A stretch of DNA of 64,000 nt from Microcoleus sp. (GTDB lineage Bacteria; Cyanobacteriota; Cyanobacteriia; Cyanobacteriales; Microcoleaceae), in assembly GCA_042408215.1 (NCBI GenBank), contig JAYFMW010000006.1, positions 512,001-576,000 of the forward strand, read 5' to 3'. Below are positions 21,440 through 32,701 of this stretch, piece after piece; position 1 is the stretch's first letter, and every line of letters begins with the position of its first letter. The notes under the pieces were generated by a model. It searched no databases, had not been told where the DNA came from, and saw only the letters and a list, made by a program, of their open reading frames with translations. Position numbers and translations under genes: made by a program.

Positions 21440-22780
21440 TTAAAGCATTTCCCCAGTCAAACTGAAAGCGCGAATATCAGTAATTTTAACCCGCACTATT
21501 TGACCAGCCAATTCAGCAATATCGCCCTTAAAAAAAGTAAGACGATTGCCGCGAGTGCGCCCCATCACCTGACTGGAATCTTTGAGATTTTGGAGTTCCA
21601 CCAAAACCTCTTCAACACGTCCGAAATAGCGCTGCGATCGCTCCATAGCAGTTGTTGTCACCACATGATTGATCCGTTGTAGGCGATCGGCCTTCACATC
21701 CTCACTCAACTGATTATCCCACAAAGCCGCCGGCGTTCCAGGCCGTGGCGAATAAGCCGCCGTATTCACCAAATCGAAACCAACATCTTCGATTAATTTT
21801 AAAGTCTTTTCAAACTGCGCTTCCGTCTCCCCAGGAAAACCGACAATCGCATCAGCCGTAATCGAAGCATCCGGCATATAACGGCGAATTGTATCAATAA
21901 TCCGCAGGTATTTCTCCTGAGTATAACCCCGCGACATCGCCTTCAAAATATCATTATCGCCCGACTGAAAAGGAATATGAAAATGTTCGCAAACCTGCGG
22001 CAATTCAGCACAAGCCTTAATTAACCGTTCCGTAAAATAGCGCGGGTGGCTAGTAGCAAATCTCAGGCGATCGACCCCAGGAACATCCCTCACAAAATAA
22101 AGCAAATCCGTCAAAGTATGCTGATGACTGCCATTAGATTTAGTCCCAGGCAAATCTCTGCCATAAGCATCAATATTTTGCCCCAACAAAGTTACTTCCT
22201 TGTAACCTTGACGACCCAAATCCTCCATTTCTGCCCGAATTGCCTCCGGTGTTCGCGACTGTTCAACGCCGCGCACATTCGGCACAACACAATAAGTACA
22301 GCGTTCATTGCAGCCATAAATTACATTCACCCAAGCCGTCACCGGACTATCGCGGCGAGGCTTAGTAATATCCTCCATAATCTCAACAGCTTCAGTCGCC
22401 ACAACTTGATTTCCCTGAAAAACTTGTTCCAGCAAATCTTCAAGCCGATTAGCGTGTTGTGGCCCCATTACCAAGTCCAATTCCGGCACACGTCGCAGCA
22501 GTGCTTCACCTTCTTGCTGGGCCACGCATCCCGCTACAATTAGAGTTAAACCCGGCTCCTTGCGCTTGCGGTGAGCCTGTCTTCCCAGATTAGAATAAAC
22601 TCTTTGTTCGGCATTGTCTCGAATAGTGCAAGTATTGTAGAGAATCAAGCTAGCTTCGTTGGGGTCTTCCGAGAACTCGAAGCCCATATTTTCCAGAATG
22701 CCGGCCATCCGTTCGGAGTCGGCTTTATTCATCTGGCATCCGAAAGTGGTAATGTGATAGCGGCGGGGTTTAACAGTCAT
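21440..22780 (-). CDS. miaB: tRNA i6A37 methylthiotransferase
   Basis: [22 protein letters not shown] and C-terminal TRAM domain. Confidence 0.97.
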   Translation of the reverse strand: MTVKPRRYHITTFGCQMNKADSERMAGILENMGFEFSEDPNEASLILYNTCTIRDNAEQRVYSNLGRQAHRKRKEPGLTLIVAGCVAQQEGEALLRRVPELDLVMGPQHANRLEDLLEQVFQGNQVVATEAVEIMEDITKPRRDSPVTAWVNVIYGCNERCTYCVVPNVRGVEQSRTPEAIRAEMEDLGRQGYKEVTLLGQNIDAYGRDLPGTKSNGSHQHTLTDLLYFVRDVPGVDRLRFATSHPRYFTERLIKACAELPQVCEHFHIPFQSGDNDILKAMSRGYTQEKYLRIIDTIRRYMPDASITADAIVGFPGETEAQFEKTLKLIEDVGFDLVNTAAYSPRPGTPAALWDNQLSEDVKADRLQRINHVVTTTAMERSQRYFGRVEEVLVELQNLKDSSQVMGRTRGNRLTFFKGDIAELAGQIVRVKITDIRAFSLTGEML

Positions 22781-22979
22781 GGACAGTAAAGATAATTTTT
22801 CAGTGCAGGCTGGTTTTGCCGTGGTAAATTTTTCAACAGCAGAGATATTCTCAACCCGTTTTTACATTATACGATCGTTCTTGCTTAAGAAACTGCTGCA
22901 TTTTTGACTGCGGGGACATATATTGCTTGTTTTCCTAACACCTGAGTAACAACTTATATTTTATAGCGGTGAACTAAAA

Positions 22980-23852
22980 ATGGTTAATTATACTGAGTGG
23001 TTTACAGAACGCACAAATGGTAAAATTCAGATTAATAGTACAGCAATCTACAGATATTTATCTCTCGAAGTAGTCGAGAGATTAGATAGTAATTTATCTG
23101 TTAATGAAATTATTGACTGGATTAGAAATAAGACACGAGAAGCCTTTAGCACTATCTATGGCAAAAATCCTGAAGTGGGTGCTCTTAACAACGCTACGGG
23201 AAGATGGAATGAATTTATAGCAACTAGCTTGTTGTCAGAAATTGTATTAGACATAAATAAAGATAATGATGCTTGTAGCGCAGTATTTTCTTTGCCCAAC
23301 TCACAGTCACAAAAAGAAGGAGCCGAGGAAGCTTCTTCAAAATTTATAAGTTTATTCAAAAGTATTGAGTTTGCATCTGGACAACCTCTAGCTAAACTTG
23401 CTCCTTTTAAAGACTATATTTTTATGCCAAGTCCTGATTATATTATCGTTGTACTTGGTAAGAGTGATGTTGCAACATCTATTAACTATCTTTTAGAACA
23501 ACAAGTAAAAAATCCCGATAGCTTGGCATTGTATAATTTTTTAAAAGGAAAATTACAATTAGAACAAGTAAAAGCGGCAGCATCTCTTAAAACTTCAAAC
23601 CGTCCAGATCGCCGATATCAACCTTTATTCGAGGCGGCGATGATTAAAGCAATGGGATATGTGCTGGATCAAAATTGGCAATATTATATGGTTGCCAGTG
23701 AATTAAGCTCGGCGGATAGGACTATATTTAGAACAGCAGTTGCTCCTCATAGTATAGCACTCGAACAAAACTTCAAGCTTGTAGATGGTACATACCTATA
23801 CGCCAGAAAAACAGATTTAATACCTTTAGTTGAATCTGCTATTACACAATAG
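22980..23852 (+). CDS. type II restriction endonuclease, Cfr10I/Bse634I-like
   Basis: PD...KTSNRPDRRYQPLFE matches the CCGG-family motif. AT-rich, convergent with a C5 methyltransferase. Confidence 0.8.
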   Translation: MVNYTEWFTERTNGKIQINSTAIYRYLSLEVVERLDSNLSVNEIIDWIRNKTREAFSTIYGKNPEVGALNNATGRWNEFIATSLLSEIVLDINKDNDACSAVFSLPNSQSQKEGAEEASSKFISLFKSIEFASGQPLAKLAPFKDYIFMPSPDYIIVVLGKSDVATSINYLLEQQVKNPDSLALYNFLKGKLQLEQVKAAASLKTSNRPDRRYQPLFEAAMIKAMGYVLDQNWQYYMVASELSSADRTIFRTAVAPHSIALEQNFKLVDGTYLYARKTDLIPLVESAITQ

Positions 23853-23867
23853 CTAAGTGTAAGTGTT

Positions 23868-25100
23868 TTAAAAAAACTTCAAAGGTAACTCTAACTGTTT
23901 ATTAATAGGCAGCTTATAATGCCATTCTGTTGTTGCTAAAAATTTAATAATTGTTTGAGCAATACCTTTAGATGCTAAGTAAGGAACCCCATTTCCCACT
24001 GTTTTAAACATATTACTTAATGTCATATTTTCTGGCAGCGCAAACTTTTTAGGCAGAGACTGAATAGCCAACGTTTCTGCAACAGAAAGCCTGCGAACTT
24101 TGTAAGGGTGCAAATGAACTTCATTATTGCCGTAACAAGCAGTCGGGGAATAGCGCCACCTGTGCAAACGCTTGTAAGATTTTTTAGAATCATCTCCCTC
24201 ATCGACAGCAGCAAACCTTTTAATCCCCGCTCTTGGTTGAAAATAATGTTTCGCATTCGGATGGTTTACAACATCATTTTTGTGGAACCAAAACTGTACT
24301 GTTAACTCTTTGGGAATACCATCAGGGCAAGGCAACAAACTATCACATCCAAACGCATTCCTCTCAGGCCAAGGATTAGAAAAAACTTCTGATTTGGGAT
24401 ACAAAATCTGACTCTGCCAAGGAAATATACTTTCGGGCAACATTTGGCTGTTTTGCTCTAAACAAATGCCCATATCTTTGACCATATTTTTTCGGAAACC
24501 GATTAAAATAATCCGATCTCTATCTTGCGGCACGCCGTATTCGATCGCATTTATCAAACGTTCCACAAATACGTATCCTGCGTCAGCCAACTTATTTTTA
24601 AGTTCGTCATAAAAAGCTTTATGTTTTTTGGTTCTCCACAAACCTTTGACATTTTCAAACAAAAAGAAATCCGGCTGCTGTTGGCAAATCAATTCAATGT
24701 AGGAATCTGAAAGTTTGCCTTTATCTCCTTCCCCACCTCGGTTTTTGCCGCCTATTGAAAAGTCTGGACAAGGCGGCCCGGCAATAAATCCAATAATATC
24801 GTGTTTCTTGCGAGCATCTTGGATCAATTCCCGCAAATGAAGTGCTGGTTTTCCCTCTACAAGTCGAGTCACATCTGCTTCCTCTCCTTCGCAGTGTCCG
24901 TATTCTGGCTGCGGTAAATTCAGACACTGGCGAGAGTGACGGTATGCTTGGATGAATGGCGAGAAAATTTCATTTACATAAACTATATTAAAGCCGATGG
25001 ATTCAAAACCCAAATCGAGGAAGCCTGAACCTGAAAAAAATGAGAATATACAGGGGATTGGGAATTGGGCATGGGGAATTGGGCATGGGGAATTGGGCAT
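23868..25100 (-). CDS. DNA (cytosine-5) methyltransferase; start at 25100 or 25151, within a repeat
   Basis: Motifs [21 protein letters not shown] and GNGV. Confidence 0.93.
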   Translation of the reverse strand: MPNSPCPIPHAQFPIPCIFSFFSGSGFLDLGFESIGFNIVYVNEIFSPFIQAYRHSRQCLNLPQPEYGHCEGEEADVTRLVEGKPALHLRELIQDARKKHDIIGFIAGPPCPDFSIGGKNRGGEGDKGKLSDSYIELICQQQPDFFLFENVKGLWRTKKHKAFYDELKNKLADAGYVFVERLINAIEYGVPQDRDRIILIGFRKNMVKDMGICLEQNSQMLPESIFPWQSQILYPKSEVFSNPWPERNAFGCDSLLPCPDGIPKELTVQFWFHKNDVVNHPNAKHYFQPRAGIKRFAAVDEGDDSKKSYKRLHRWRYSPTACYGNNEVHLHPYKVRRLSVAETLAIQSLPKKFALPENMTLSNMFKTVGNGVPYLASKGIAQTIIKFLATTEWHYKLPINKQLELPLKFF

Positions 25101-25160
25101 GGGGAATTGGGCGAAGCGAAGCGGAGGGATGGGGAATTGGGAATTGGTCATTGGTAATTG
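25055..25160. repeat. STRR tract overlapping the methyltransferase start
   Basis: GGGAATT/GGGCATG repeats. Confidence 0.9.
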
Positions 25161-25235
25161 GTAGACCGGGGCGGGTTTATGAGATTATTGGTCTTAGGCA
25201 CAGATTGTCTGTAAAACCCGCCCCTACAGGTATTA

Positions 25236-25664
25236 TTACAACCATTGGCCGCCTCGGAAGCGCCAGTAGGGAAACAATATCCGCATGAGTGTTTGCGATG
25301 CCAGATAAATTGCCAGCCATACTAAACTGTAATGCAGGGCAAAAGCTCCCAAGTCAAACTCTGACTGCGGTATTCCGGGTAAACCGACTCTTTGTATCAA
25401 TAATACCACAAAAAGTGCTTCCCAAATCCCAGCGAGCAATTGAAATGCGCCGGGCCAATCTCGATCCCAGCGGAATTGCTGTATGTAGATATATAAGGCA
25501 TCCCAGCCGATGCCAAAAATCGCTATATACCCTAAAATCCAGAAAAAGATTGAGCCGGATTTAGAGGTGATTAAACCTAGAAAAAATGGTAGTGTTACTA
25601 AAACGCCTACTGTTGCAAATAATAATATTCGAGTTTGCCAGCGACCAAATAAGGTGGGAGTCAT
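25236..25664 (-). CDS. hypothetical membrane protein linked to the FHA oxidoreductase
   Basis: [12 protein letters not shown]... with four TM segments, ending WRFRGGQWL. Confidence 0.8.
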   Translation of the reverse strand: MTPTLFGRWQTRILLFATVGVLVTLPFFLGLITSKSGSIFFWILGYIAIFGIGWDALYIYIQQFRWDRDWPGAFQLLAGIWEALFVVLLIQRVGLPGIPQSEFDLGAFALHYSLVWLAIYLASQTLMRILFPYWRFRGGQWL

Positions 25665-25667
25665 AAT

Positions 25668-25820
25668 AAATTGGGAATTGGGAATTGGGAATTGGGAATT
25701 GGGAATTGGGCATTGGGCATTGGGCATTGGGCATTGGGAATTGGGAATTGGGCATTGGGCATTGGGCATTTAGAATTGGGCATTGGGCATTGGGAATTGG
25801 GAATTGGGCATTGGGCATTG
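25668..25820. repeat. STRR heptamer tract (GGGAATT/GGGCATT)
   Basis: About 21 tandem heptamers. Confidence 0.95.
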
Positions 25821-25856
25821 ATCACAAATAACAAATAACAAATAACTAATAACTAA

Positions 25857-27866
25857 TCAACCTGGAGATAGATTTAAAATCCACTTTAACCACTGTACTA
25901 AAGATCGCCAAATACTCAATTTGCGGACACCAGCAGCTTTGGCTTTGGCTAGACTCTCAACCGATCGCAATCCTGCATATTGCAAGCCCAAAAAACTGTC
26001 CACCGGCGCGTAAGGCCCGCCCAAAGTAATCGCCCCCGCCGCGTACACCCGCCCCTCCCGCCCTTCCCCGTTGCTGGGAGAGTTTCGCATTTCTAGCAGT
26101 TCAAAATCATTGTTAACGCTGAAGCGTCCCAACCCGTTGAGGGTAAGATTGTATTGAACTACCAAATCATCGAGTAGAGGACTGGTTTTCACCTTAGCGT
26201 CCAAACCGGTAGCGTCAATGATAAAGTCAGCCTCCAATTTAATTTGCCCTTTCAACTTCTTCTCTCGAATATAAGTCACCGTGCGGTTTTGACTGTCGCG
26301 CTCGACTCGCTCGACTTCCCCGAAAGAAATCTGATACCATCCCTGACTCAAACCTTCTTTGACAATGCGCCGCCAGTCGCTGCGGTGGGCGGTAGTGGTG
26401 CCGCCCCAGTCTGTCAGTAACTGCGGGCGAAATTCTAGGGGGGCTTTTTCCAAAACTTCGCGCAATTCCCCGCCCCAGCAAGCTTTTGGCCAATTGAATG
26501 GTTGAAATTCGTAGTGATTTTCGACGCTGCGCTGGGCCCGATCGAATTTGTTACCCAGGGGTTTGGGCGATCGCATCAAATGCAATACTTGAATGTCGGG
26601 GTTTTGCTGTCTGGCTTCGTAAAGTCGCTGCACCACCCGCGAAGCCACAATTCCCCGCCCTCGCAACAATACACTGCCGCCCCTCGCTTCCAACTTTTGG
26701 TAAACGCTGTCGTGGCTTTCGTAAGCATTGACAACGGACTGAAAATCCTGGGTTTTTTCGCGGTAGGCTTGCAAGTCTGGCAAAAATTGAATGGCGGGAT
26801 AGCCAGTGGCTATATGCAGGTATTTCGCGATCAAAAAAGCGTGGTCTCGATGGTCGGCATTCGATCGAGAATAAGCGATCGCGTACCGGCCGTCATCTGT
26901 TTTGCGAATTCCCCGCACTCTACCGTAGCGAAACATCTCTTGCCACCCAATACGGAGAGTTTCCCTGTCAATAGAATCAAAAACCTTCCCGGCGCGGGGC
27001 GTATAAGTTTCGGCAAAAGTGGGCTCGGCAAACACCTGCCACATCAATTTTAGCGACTCCCCCAACCGACCTTTCCACAATTCCTGCCAAGCTTCCCGCA
27101 CAGCATAGGGAGGCCAACCCCAAATGTTGTCTGGACAAGAGTCAGAATTCGATCGTAGCCGTTCGTGTAGGGGAATTTGAGAATTTAGGCATAACCGACG
27201 GTAGCGGGCGTAAGGCTGATTTTCCAGGCCCAAAACCGCAATTCGATCGGCCTTCACGCCACAAATTCTCAGCAAATCCACCCAAATAAAGCTGCCCAAA
27301 CCGCCGCCAATTGCTGTCCAATCAATTTCTGTAACGGGTATTCCCATAGATAGGAGCGATCGCATTGTCACCTCTGAAGCTTGCATAAATGCGATCGGCG
27401 GAAACTCGCCTTTACTAGCTGTTTGAGAAGGTGGCGACACCAAAGACGGGAGAATGGCGGGATCGGGGAGATTTGTCTGGGGGTTGAAGAAAATGTGAGA
27501 ATTTACAGACTGGGTTTCTGTGGAGAGTGCAGCAACAGAAATACCGATCGCGTAGGGCCCAATTTGCAGCATATCCCCATTTGCCAGCACGCACCGAGTT
27601 TGGCAAACACCGTTGACAAAAGTACCATTGCGGCTGCCCATGTCAGTGAGTACGATACTGTCGCCTTCGGAGGTAATCACCGCGTGGAAGCGAGAAACTT
27701 GACTGCTGTTGAGGGCAATTCGAGAAACTCGTTCTCCGTTGATGGTGGGGGGCATATTCCCAAACATTCGTCCCAAAGCGATGGGCAAGTCTAAGATCGG
27801 GGATCGGCAATCCCCCGTAGCTGTATCATTCCAAGTGAGTCGCAGGCGCAAGGGTTTAGGATTCAT
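25857..27866 (-). CDS. FHA domain fused to an FAD/NAD(P)-dependent oxidoreductase-like domain
   Basis: FHA motifs GR...SRFHA...SRNGTFVNG. Rossmann-like IGGGLGS, ATGY, GRGIVA, DATG. ATG at 27866. Confidence 0.85.
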   Translation of the reverse strand: MNPKPLRLRLTWNDTATGDCRSPILDLPIALGRMFGNMPPTINGERVSRIALNSSQVSRFHAVITSEGDSIVLTDMGSRNGTFVNGVCQTRCVLANGDMLQIGPYAIGISVAALSTETQSVNSHIFFNPQTNLPDPAILPSLVSPPSQTASKGEFPPIAFMQASEVTMRSLLSMGIPVTEIDWTAIGGGLGSFIWVDLLRICGVKADRIAVLGLENQPYARYRRLCLNSQIPLHERLRSNSDSCPDNIWGWPPYAVREAWQELWKGRLGESLKLMWQVFAEPTFAETYTPRAGKVFDSIDRETLRIGWQEMFRYGRVRGIRKTDDGRYAIAYSRSNADHRDHAFLIAKYLHIATGYPAIQFLPDLQAYREKTQDFQSVVNAYESHDSVYQKLEARGGSVLLRGRGIVASRVVQRLYEARQQNPDIQVLHLMRSPKPLGNKFDRAQRSVENHYEFQPFNWPKACWGGELREVLEKAPLEFRPQLLTDWGGTTTAHRSDWRRIVKEGLSQGWYQISFGEVERVERDSQNRTVTYIREKKLKGQIKLEADFIIDATGLDAKVKTSPLLDDLVVQYNLTLNGLGRFSVNNDFELLEMRNSPSNGEGREGRVYAAGAITLGGPYAPVDSFLGLQYAGLRSVESLAKAKAAGVRKLSIWRSLVQWLKWILNLSPG

Positions 27867-28150
27867 TTTCAGGTCAACACTTCGACTACGCTCAGTGAGC
27901 ACTGTAGGATGCTCATGGCACACCTTACCCGTTCTAAAAGAGTGTCGAATTTTTGCATTTTGGTGTTTTTTTGGTGCTTGAAATTGAACTATCCTAGCAT
28001 CAGCCATTGTTTAATTTTAAGTAGGTCGCGCTGTTATATCCCCGACTTCTTTAAGAAGTCGGGGATCTGGGTATTTCCGCATCTCAACCCGCATCACGGC
28101 GATAGCACCACACTCGCCGCCGCCGCCAAAGAAGTGCCGCACCACGCACA

Positions 28151-29533
28151 CCGCTCTGAAAAACTTACCCAAAACCAGACAAACCCCGACCAACCGGATC
28201 TTAAATAGTTTTAGTGTTTTCTTCCTGCTTCTCACGGTCGGTAATCCGATCCCATCCACAGGCCGATCGCCCGTAAGCTACGGGCTGTACAAGGAAAGTC
28301 TTAAAACTCTTAAACCTTCATGTTTTAAATTAACGGCGGCATTTTCATCCCGATCTTGAACATGACCGCAATTTTCACACTTATATACTCTATCAGCAAG
28401 AGTCAAATCTTGTTTATGTCCACAATTAGAACATGATTTAGAAGACGGATACCAGCGGTCAACTATTACTAAATGTGAACCATACAACTGGCATTTATAT
28501 TCCAACTGTCTTCGGAATTCAAACAAACCTAAATCGGCTATAGCGCGAAGCTCATTTAGGGTTTTTCAGCATCCCTTTAACGTTTAAATCTTCAATACAG
28601 ATCGCATCAAAAGTTTTGGCCAGCCATGTAGTTAATTTGTGCAGATAGTCTTTTCTGATATTCGCAACGTGCGAATGAAACCGTCCTAATTTAATCTTTG
28701 CTTCCTGATAAGAGCCTGTTCCTTTTTGCTTGCGACTCAGTGACATAGACAACTGCCTAAGCCTTCCTAGCGCCGCTTTCAGAGGTTTTATATTAGGGAT
28801 AACTTGACCATTGCTCAACGTAGCCAGTGATTTAATTCCCAGATCAACACCTACAACTTCGATTGGTTCTCTCATTGGCTGTGACGGTGTTTCTCTCTTG
28901 AAACTTACAAACCACTTATCTGCTTTTTTACTAATGGTGAAACTTTTAACTTTTCCCAAAGCTGGTAATTTCTCAAAAGTTCTGACCTTACCAATATTAG
29001 GAATCTGTACCCAAGTAGAACCCACAATTGTGGAACCATCACAAGTAAAACTATCGTGAAATCCTTTCTTTTTGAAGTTGGGAAATCCCTTTTCTGGTTG
29101 TTTAAAGAAATTGTTTAAAGCATCTCTAACATGGCGGGTAGCATAATTATGACATCCTTTCGACACTTCATAAGTCCAAGGGTTTTCTGATTTTACCTCA
29201 GCCGTAAATCGCTTATTCAGATCTATGGCAGTTGGTAATTTAATTTGGTTTTCTGGTTGAGTTTTATGATGTTCTAAGCTGGTAATTAAAACTTGAAGTC
29301 CCCAATTATAAGCATATCTAGCTACCCCTGCTGATTTAGCCAGCAAAGTACGTTGTTTATTGTTGGGGTTAAGTTCGGTTTTAAAACCTAGCAGCATTTT
29401 ACGAACTGTCAAAGCGAATGCTAATTTCAGTTTAATGCTTGTATTATGGTTTGTCAATCAACTATAAATGTGTTCTCGTAGCTTTGTCGGAAAAAGTCCA
29501 GAATGTCTGGGTAATTTACGTCCTGGACCATAC
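28151..29533 (-). mobile_element. IS607-type non-autonomous tnpB element
   Basis: Right end ...GGGTAAGTTTTTCAGAGCGG, left end after GAGG. Contains tnpB but no serine recombinase. Confidence 0.75.
28278..29397 (-). pseudogene. tnpB: TnpB RNA-guided nuclease, disrupted near 28550
   Basis: VGVDLG, IEDLNV, then TGA plus a frameshift before FEFRRQLEYK...CSNCG...DRDENAA. Confidence 0.9.
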
Positions 29534-30096
29534 CCTCACTCAATTTTGCCTCGGTGGAGGCGAGAATTTTTCCGTCTACCACCGGCAGATTGCTTTGACG
29601 CAAATTCCCCAGCCTAAATTCCTGCAATTCGTGATTAAAAAAATATTTCGACGTGCAACCCAGATACGCTTGGATGCGACAATACTAGATCGCACTTGGT
29701 CTGGTCGCGGCCGATTCTTACCGTTCCGGGATTTTTGCTAGGCTGTCCGTTTTGAATCGTCTGAGTTTGAGCCACGCCAGCCTCAGTCCATTTTAAAGTG
29801 AGCTGGTTTGTCATCCTAAATTTCCTAAAATATAGAGAAATATTACTGATATTATCGATTTTTTGGCTCGCTCCCTAGGAAAAAATATTTTTTATATTCC
29901 TAAAAAAAAAGCCCCGACTTGAGAGCTTTTGGTGCGCGAATCTACTGTTTTTTAAACAGTGATTCGCGCTTTCGAGAGTTATTAGACATAGTGCGATCGC
30001 ACTGAATTGAGAAGTGCGATCGCACTACAGTTACCGAATGCTGGCCGTCCAACTCCTTGGATGGTGCGATCGGTTGTTGCTCTCTTGTTGAGAAAC

Positions 30097-30324
30097 TTAT
30101 TCGCTTTTGCGGCTTTTCCGACCACCTTCGCGACCAATTTGAGCCATGTGTTCCCGATTTCTGCTGACAGCTTCGCCGCCTTTTTGACCGGCTTCTCTGG
30201 CTTCCTCTGAGGTAAATTCGTGCGCTGTTCCTTTCTCGTGTGCAGCTTTTCCGCCTTTGCTAGCAATAGCGCGCTGTTTTTCTGCGTCCATAGAGGCGAA
30301 TCCGCGTTTGCTTTTTTCAGCCAT
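30097..30324 (-). CDS. KGG-repeat general stress protein
   Basis: RGFASMD...IASKGG, AHEFTSEEAREAGQKGG. Strong RBS AAGGAG. Confidence 0.92.
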   Translation of the reverse strand: MAEKSKRGFASMDAEKQRAIASKGGKAAHEKGTAHEFTSEEAREAGQKGGEAVSRNREHMAQIGREGGRKSRKSE

Positions 30325-30787
30325 GATACTGTCTCCTTGTTTTTTTCTGATGTTTTAGCTCGATCGTACCCTCGTATCCCACTGTAGTTGGTACTCTAAG
30401 TCAGTGGCGAGATCTCATGCGGTAATTATCAAACTTCATCTTACCCCTTTAAACCCTAGGTTTAAGCGGCAGGATGAGAAGTTCATAATTTACCAATGTG
30501 AACTAAAAAATAGTTCACCAGTTGACCTGTAGTTTTGATGACTCTTTCTTTAACCAGGTCACTGTCTTTGAATCATTTTAGAAACCCCCCAACTTTTATA
30601 CCTCTTTCTCAGGTATAGTCATTCTTTATTTCGCTGGAAGGATGAAACCGAAATCCGATCGGCGATCGAGTCAGAGGATTTTTTGAACCCAACTGCGACA
30701 CCTCAAACATTCCAAGTCAAAAGTCAAAAGAGGGATGTTTTTTGTCTTTTTACTTGGGATTTTTTTGAGACATTCCTGGCTTGCTAG

Positions 30788-31443
30788 TTATCCCGATGTC
30801 AGTTGGTCAGCCGATCGATTTGTTTCTGGCAAGCGATATTTCGGGGCGCAGCGCAGCACATATTCGATCGCCACTGTCAAGTTTACTTGATGACCGATCG
30901 AAACATAAATCGGTTTTACTCCTGTTTGCGTCCTCAGTGCTGCACCGACGGTTTGTCCGCAATCCTGCAAGGGCTGCCAACTCCCTCGATCGAAACCTAC
31001 TTCTGAATGTTCTCCAATAAATCGAGTTTTAGCAACTCCGATGGTCGCGATTCTCGTCAGAACTCCCAAATGGCAGGCAAGACCGAACCTACGGGGATGG
31101 GCGATTCCTTGACCGTCGCACAATATCAAGTCTGGCAACAAGCTGATTTTTGCTCCCATCGTCGAGGAATGCCGGCACTTCTCGAAAAGACAGGAAACCC
31201 GGAACATAAGCAAAAGCGGTGGGACGGCGCACTGCTACAGCCTGCTGTAACTGCAAATCGGGAAAGCTCAGAACTGTTACAGCAGCCCGCGAAACGGCAT
31301 CTGAAATGTCCTAGCCTACATCTACGCCTGCGACGTACCGAACTGTTGACCGTTGGTTTTCGGTAATTACCTGTTACCGGAGTTGTTCTTGAATGGCGAT
31401 CGCCTCTTCAATTGTCTGCGGCCAAGGGTGTCGCTGTGGCATT
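30788..31443 (-). pseudogene. nfi: endonuclease V pseudogene
   Basis: HPWP...[39 protein letters not shown]. Two in-frame stops (TAA about 31375, TAG about 31312) and a frameshift at about 31160. Confidence 0.9.
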
Positions 31444-31876
31444 TTGCTCTCACTTCAACCGTTCTCATCTAACCTTAACCTATTTTGTGACATTTTTAAA
31501 CTATTGATTTTTATCGTTTGTCGCGATCAATTCGTTTGGCTCCTGACGCGATCGCCTCTTTACCTAAAATCATCTCGTTTGTCCAGCATTTGAAACATTT
31601 ATTAATTAATCTCAACAAAGCAGAAGTGCCATTTTTGAGGCGGGTTAATTTATATAGCGAGAGTTTTTTTTCTCTGTGACTCTAGAGGTGAGTTTATACA
31701 CTCAAAATCCTCTGACTTTGATGCATCAAATAAATGAATTTATGAGTTGTTATACCCTAAATGGCAAGTTATTATATTAGATGAGAGCGATCGATCGCCT
31801 ACAACACTTCGACACATTCGACTACGCGAGCGTGCGACGCTTCGCTCAGTGACCAAATTAGTTGAAAAAGTTTCCC

Positions 31877-32701
31877 ATGAAAACATCTCGATACAACCTG
31901 AGTCTCTATATCGTCGGCGGCATCGTCCTAGTCATCGCCGCCATCATCTTAAAGCCTTTTGCCATCGTCGGTGCAGGTGAACGCGGCGTCATGATGCGCT
32001 TCGGGAAAGTTCAAGACGCGATTTTAGATGAAGGCATCCACCCGATTTTACCGATTATCACCTCTGTCAAAACCCTGAGCGTGCGGGTACAAAAAACAGA
32101 CATCCAAGCAGATGCAGCATCCAAAGACTTGCAAAAAGTTACTACAGACTTGGCAGTAAACTGGAACATCGACCCCGCCAAAGCCAACCAAGTCTACCAA
32201 CAAATAGGAGACGAATCACAAATTGTTACCAGCATTCTCAGTCCGGCAATTTCCGAAGTTCTCAAAGCAGCAACTTCTAAAAAAACAGCAGAAGAAATTA
32301 TTACTAAGCGCACGGAACTCAAAGCAGAAATCGACAACAGCCTCAAAAAACGCTTGGAACCTTACGGCGCGATCGTGAGAGATGTTTCGTTAATAAATTT
32401 TGGCTTTTCTCCAGAATTTAGCAAAGCCATCGAAGCCAAACAGATAGCAGAACAAGAAGCCAAACAAGCAGAATTTACAGTCAAAAAAGCAACCCAAGAT
32501 GCTCAAGCTGAAATTAACCGTGCTAAAGGTCAAGCAGAAGCTCAGCGCTTGCAGCGGCTAACATTAACTCCCGAACTTTTGCAGCAGCAAGCAATTCAAA
32601 AATGGAACGGTCAGTTTCCGACAGTAATGGGCGGCGGTGGAGCTCTACCTTTAATTAATATTGCGCCGCCTGGTCAACCTGCGAGTCCTGCTGCTAAATA
32701 A
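31877..32701 (+). CDS. prohibitin / SPFH (band 7) protein
   Basis: GAGERGV...FG, ASKDLQ, AIEAKQIAEQ, KWNG. Confidence 0.93.
   Translation: MKTSRYNLSLYIVGGIVLVIAAIILKPFAIVGAGERGVMMRFGKVQDAILDEGIHPILPIITSVKTLSVRVQKTDIQADAASKDLQKVTTDLAVNWNIDPAKANQVYQQIGDESQIVTSILSPAISEVLKAATSKKTAEEIITKRTELKAEIDNSLKKRLEPYGAIVRDVSLINFGFSPEFSKAIEAKQIAEQEAKQAEFTVKKATQDAQAEINRAKGQAEAQRLQRLTLTPELLQQQAIQKWNGQFPTVMGGGGALPLINIAPPGQPASPAAK

Larger units (their letters stand above)
28094..29814 (-). pseudogene. small FHA / Zn-ribbon protein interrupted by an IS607-type element
   Basis: 29814 MTNQLTLKW...RIGRD...SVSGLHVEIFF, +1 shift in a T-run at about 29640, then NLRQSNLPVVDG...LSEG. C-terminal CAWCGTSLAAASVVLSP* lies at 28150-28094. 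Absent from the ORF track. Confidence 0.8.

Noticed and set aside
28039..28068. CCCCGACTTCTTTAAGAAGTCGGGG palindrome as a specific terminator or operator (also about 52130, 59590, 62000)
   Set aside because: A dispersed repeat family, so no locus-specific function can be supported.
28017..28259. 80-aa ORF
   Set aside because: Runs across the IS607 right end and the out-of-frame tail of the FHA gene.
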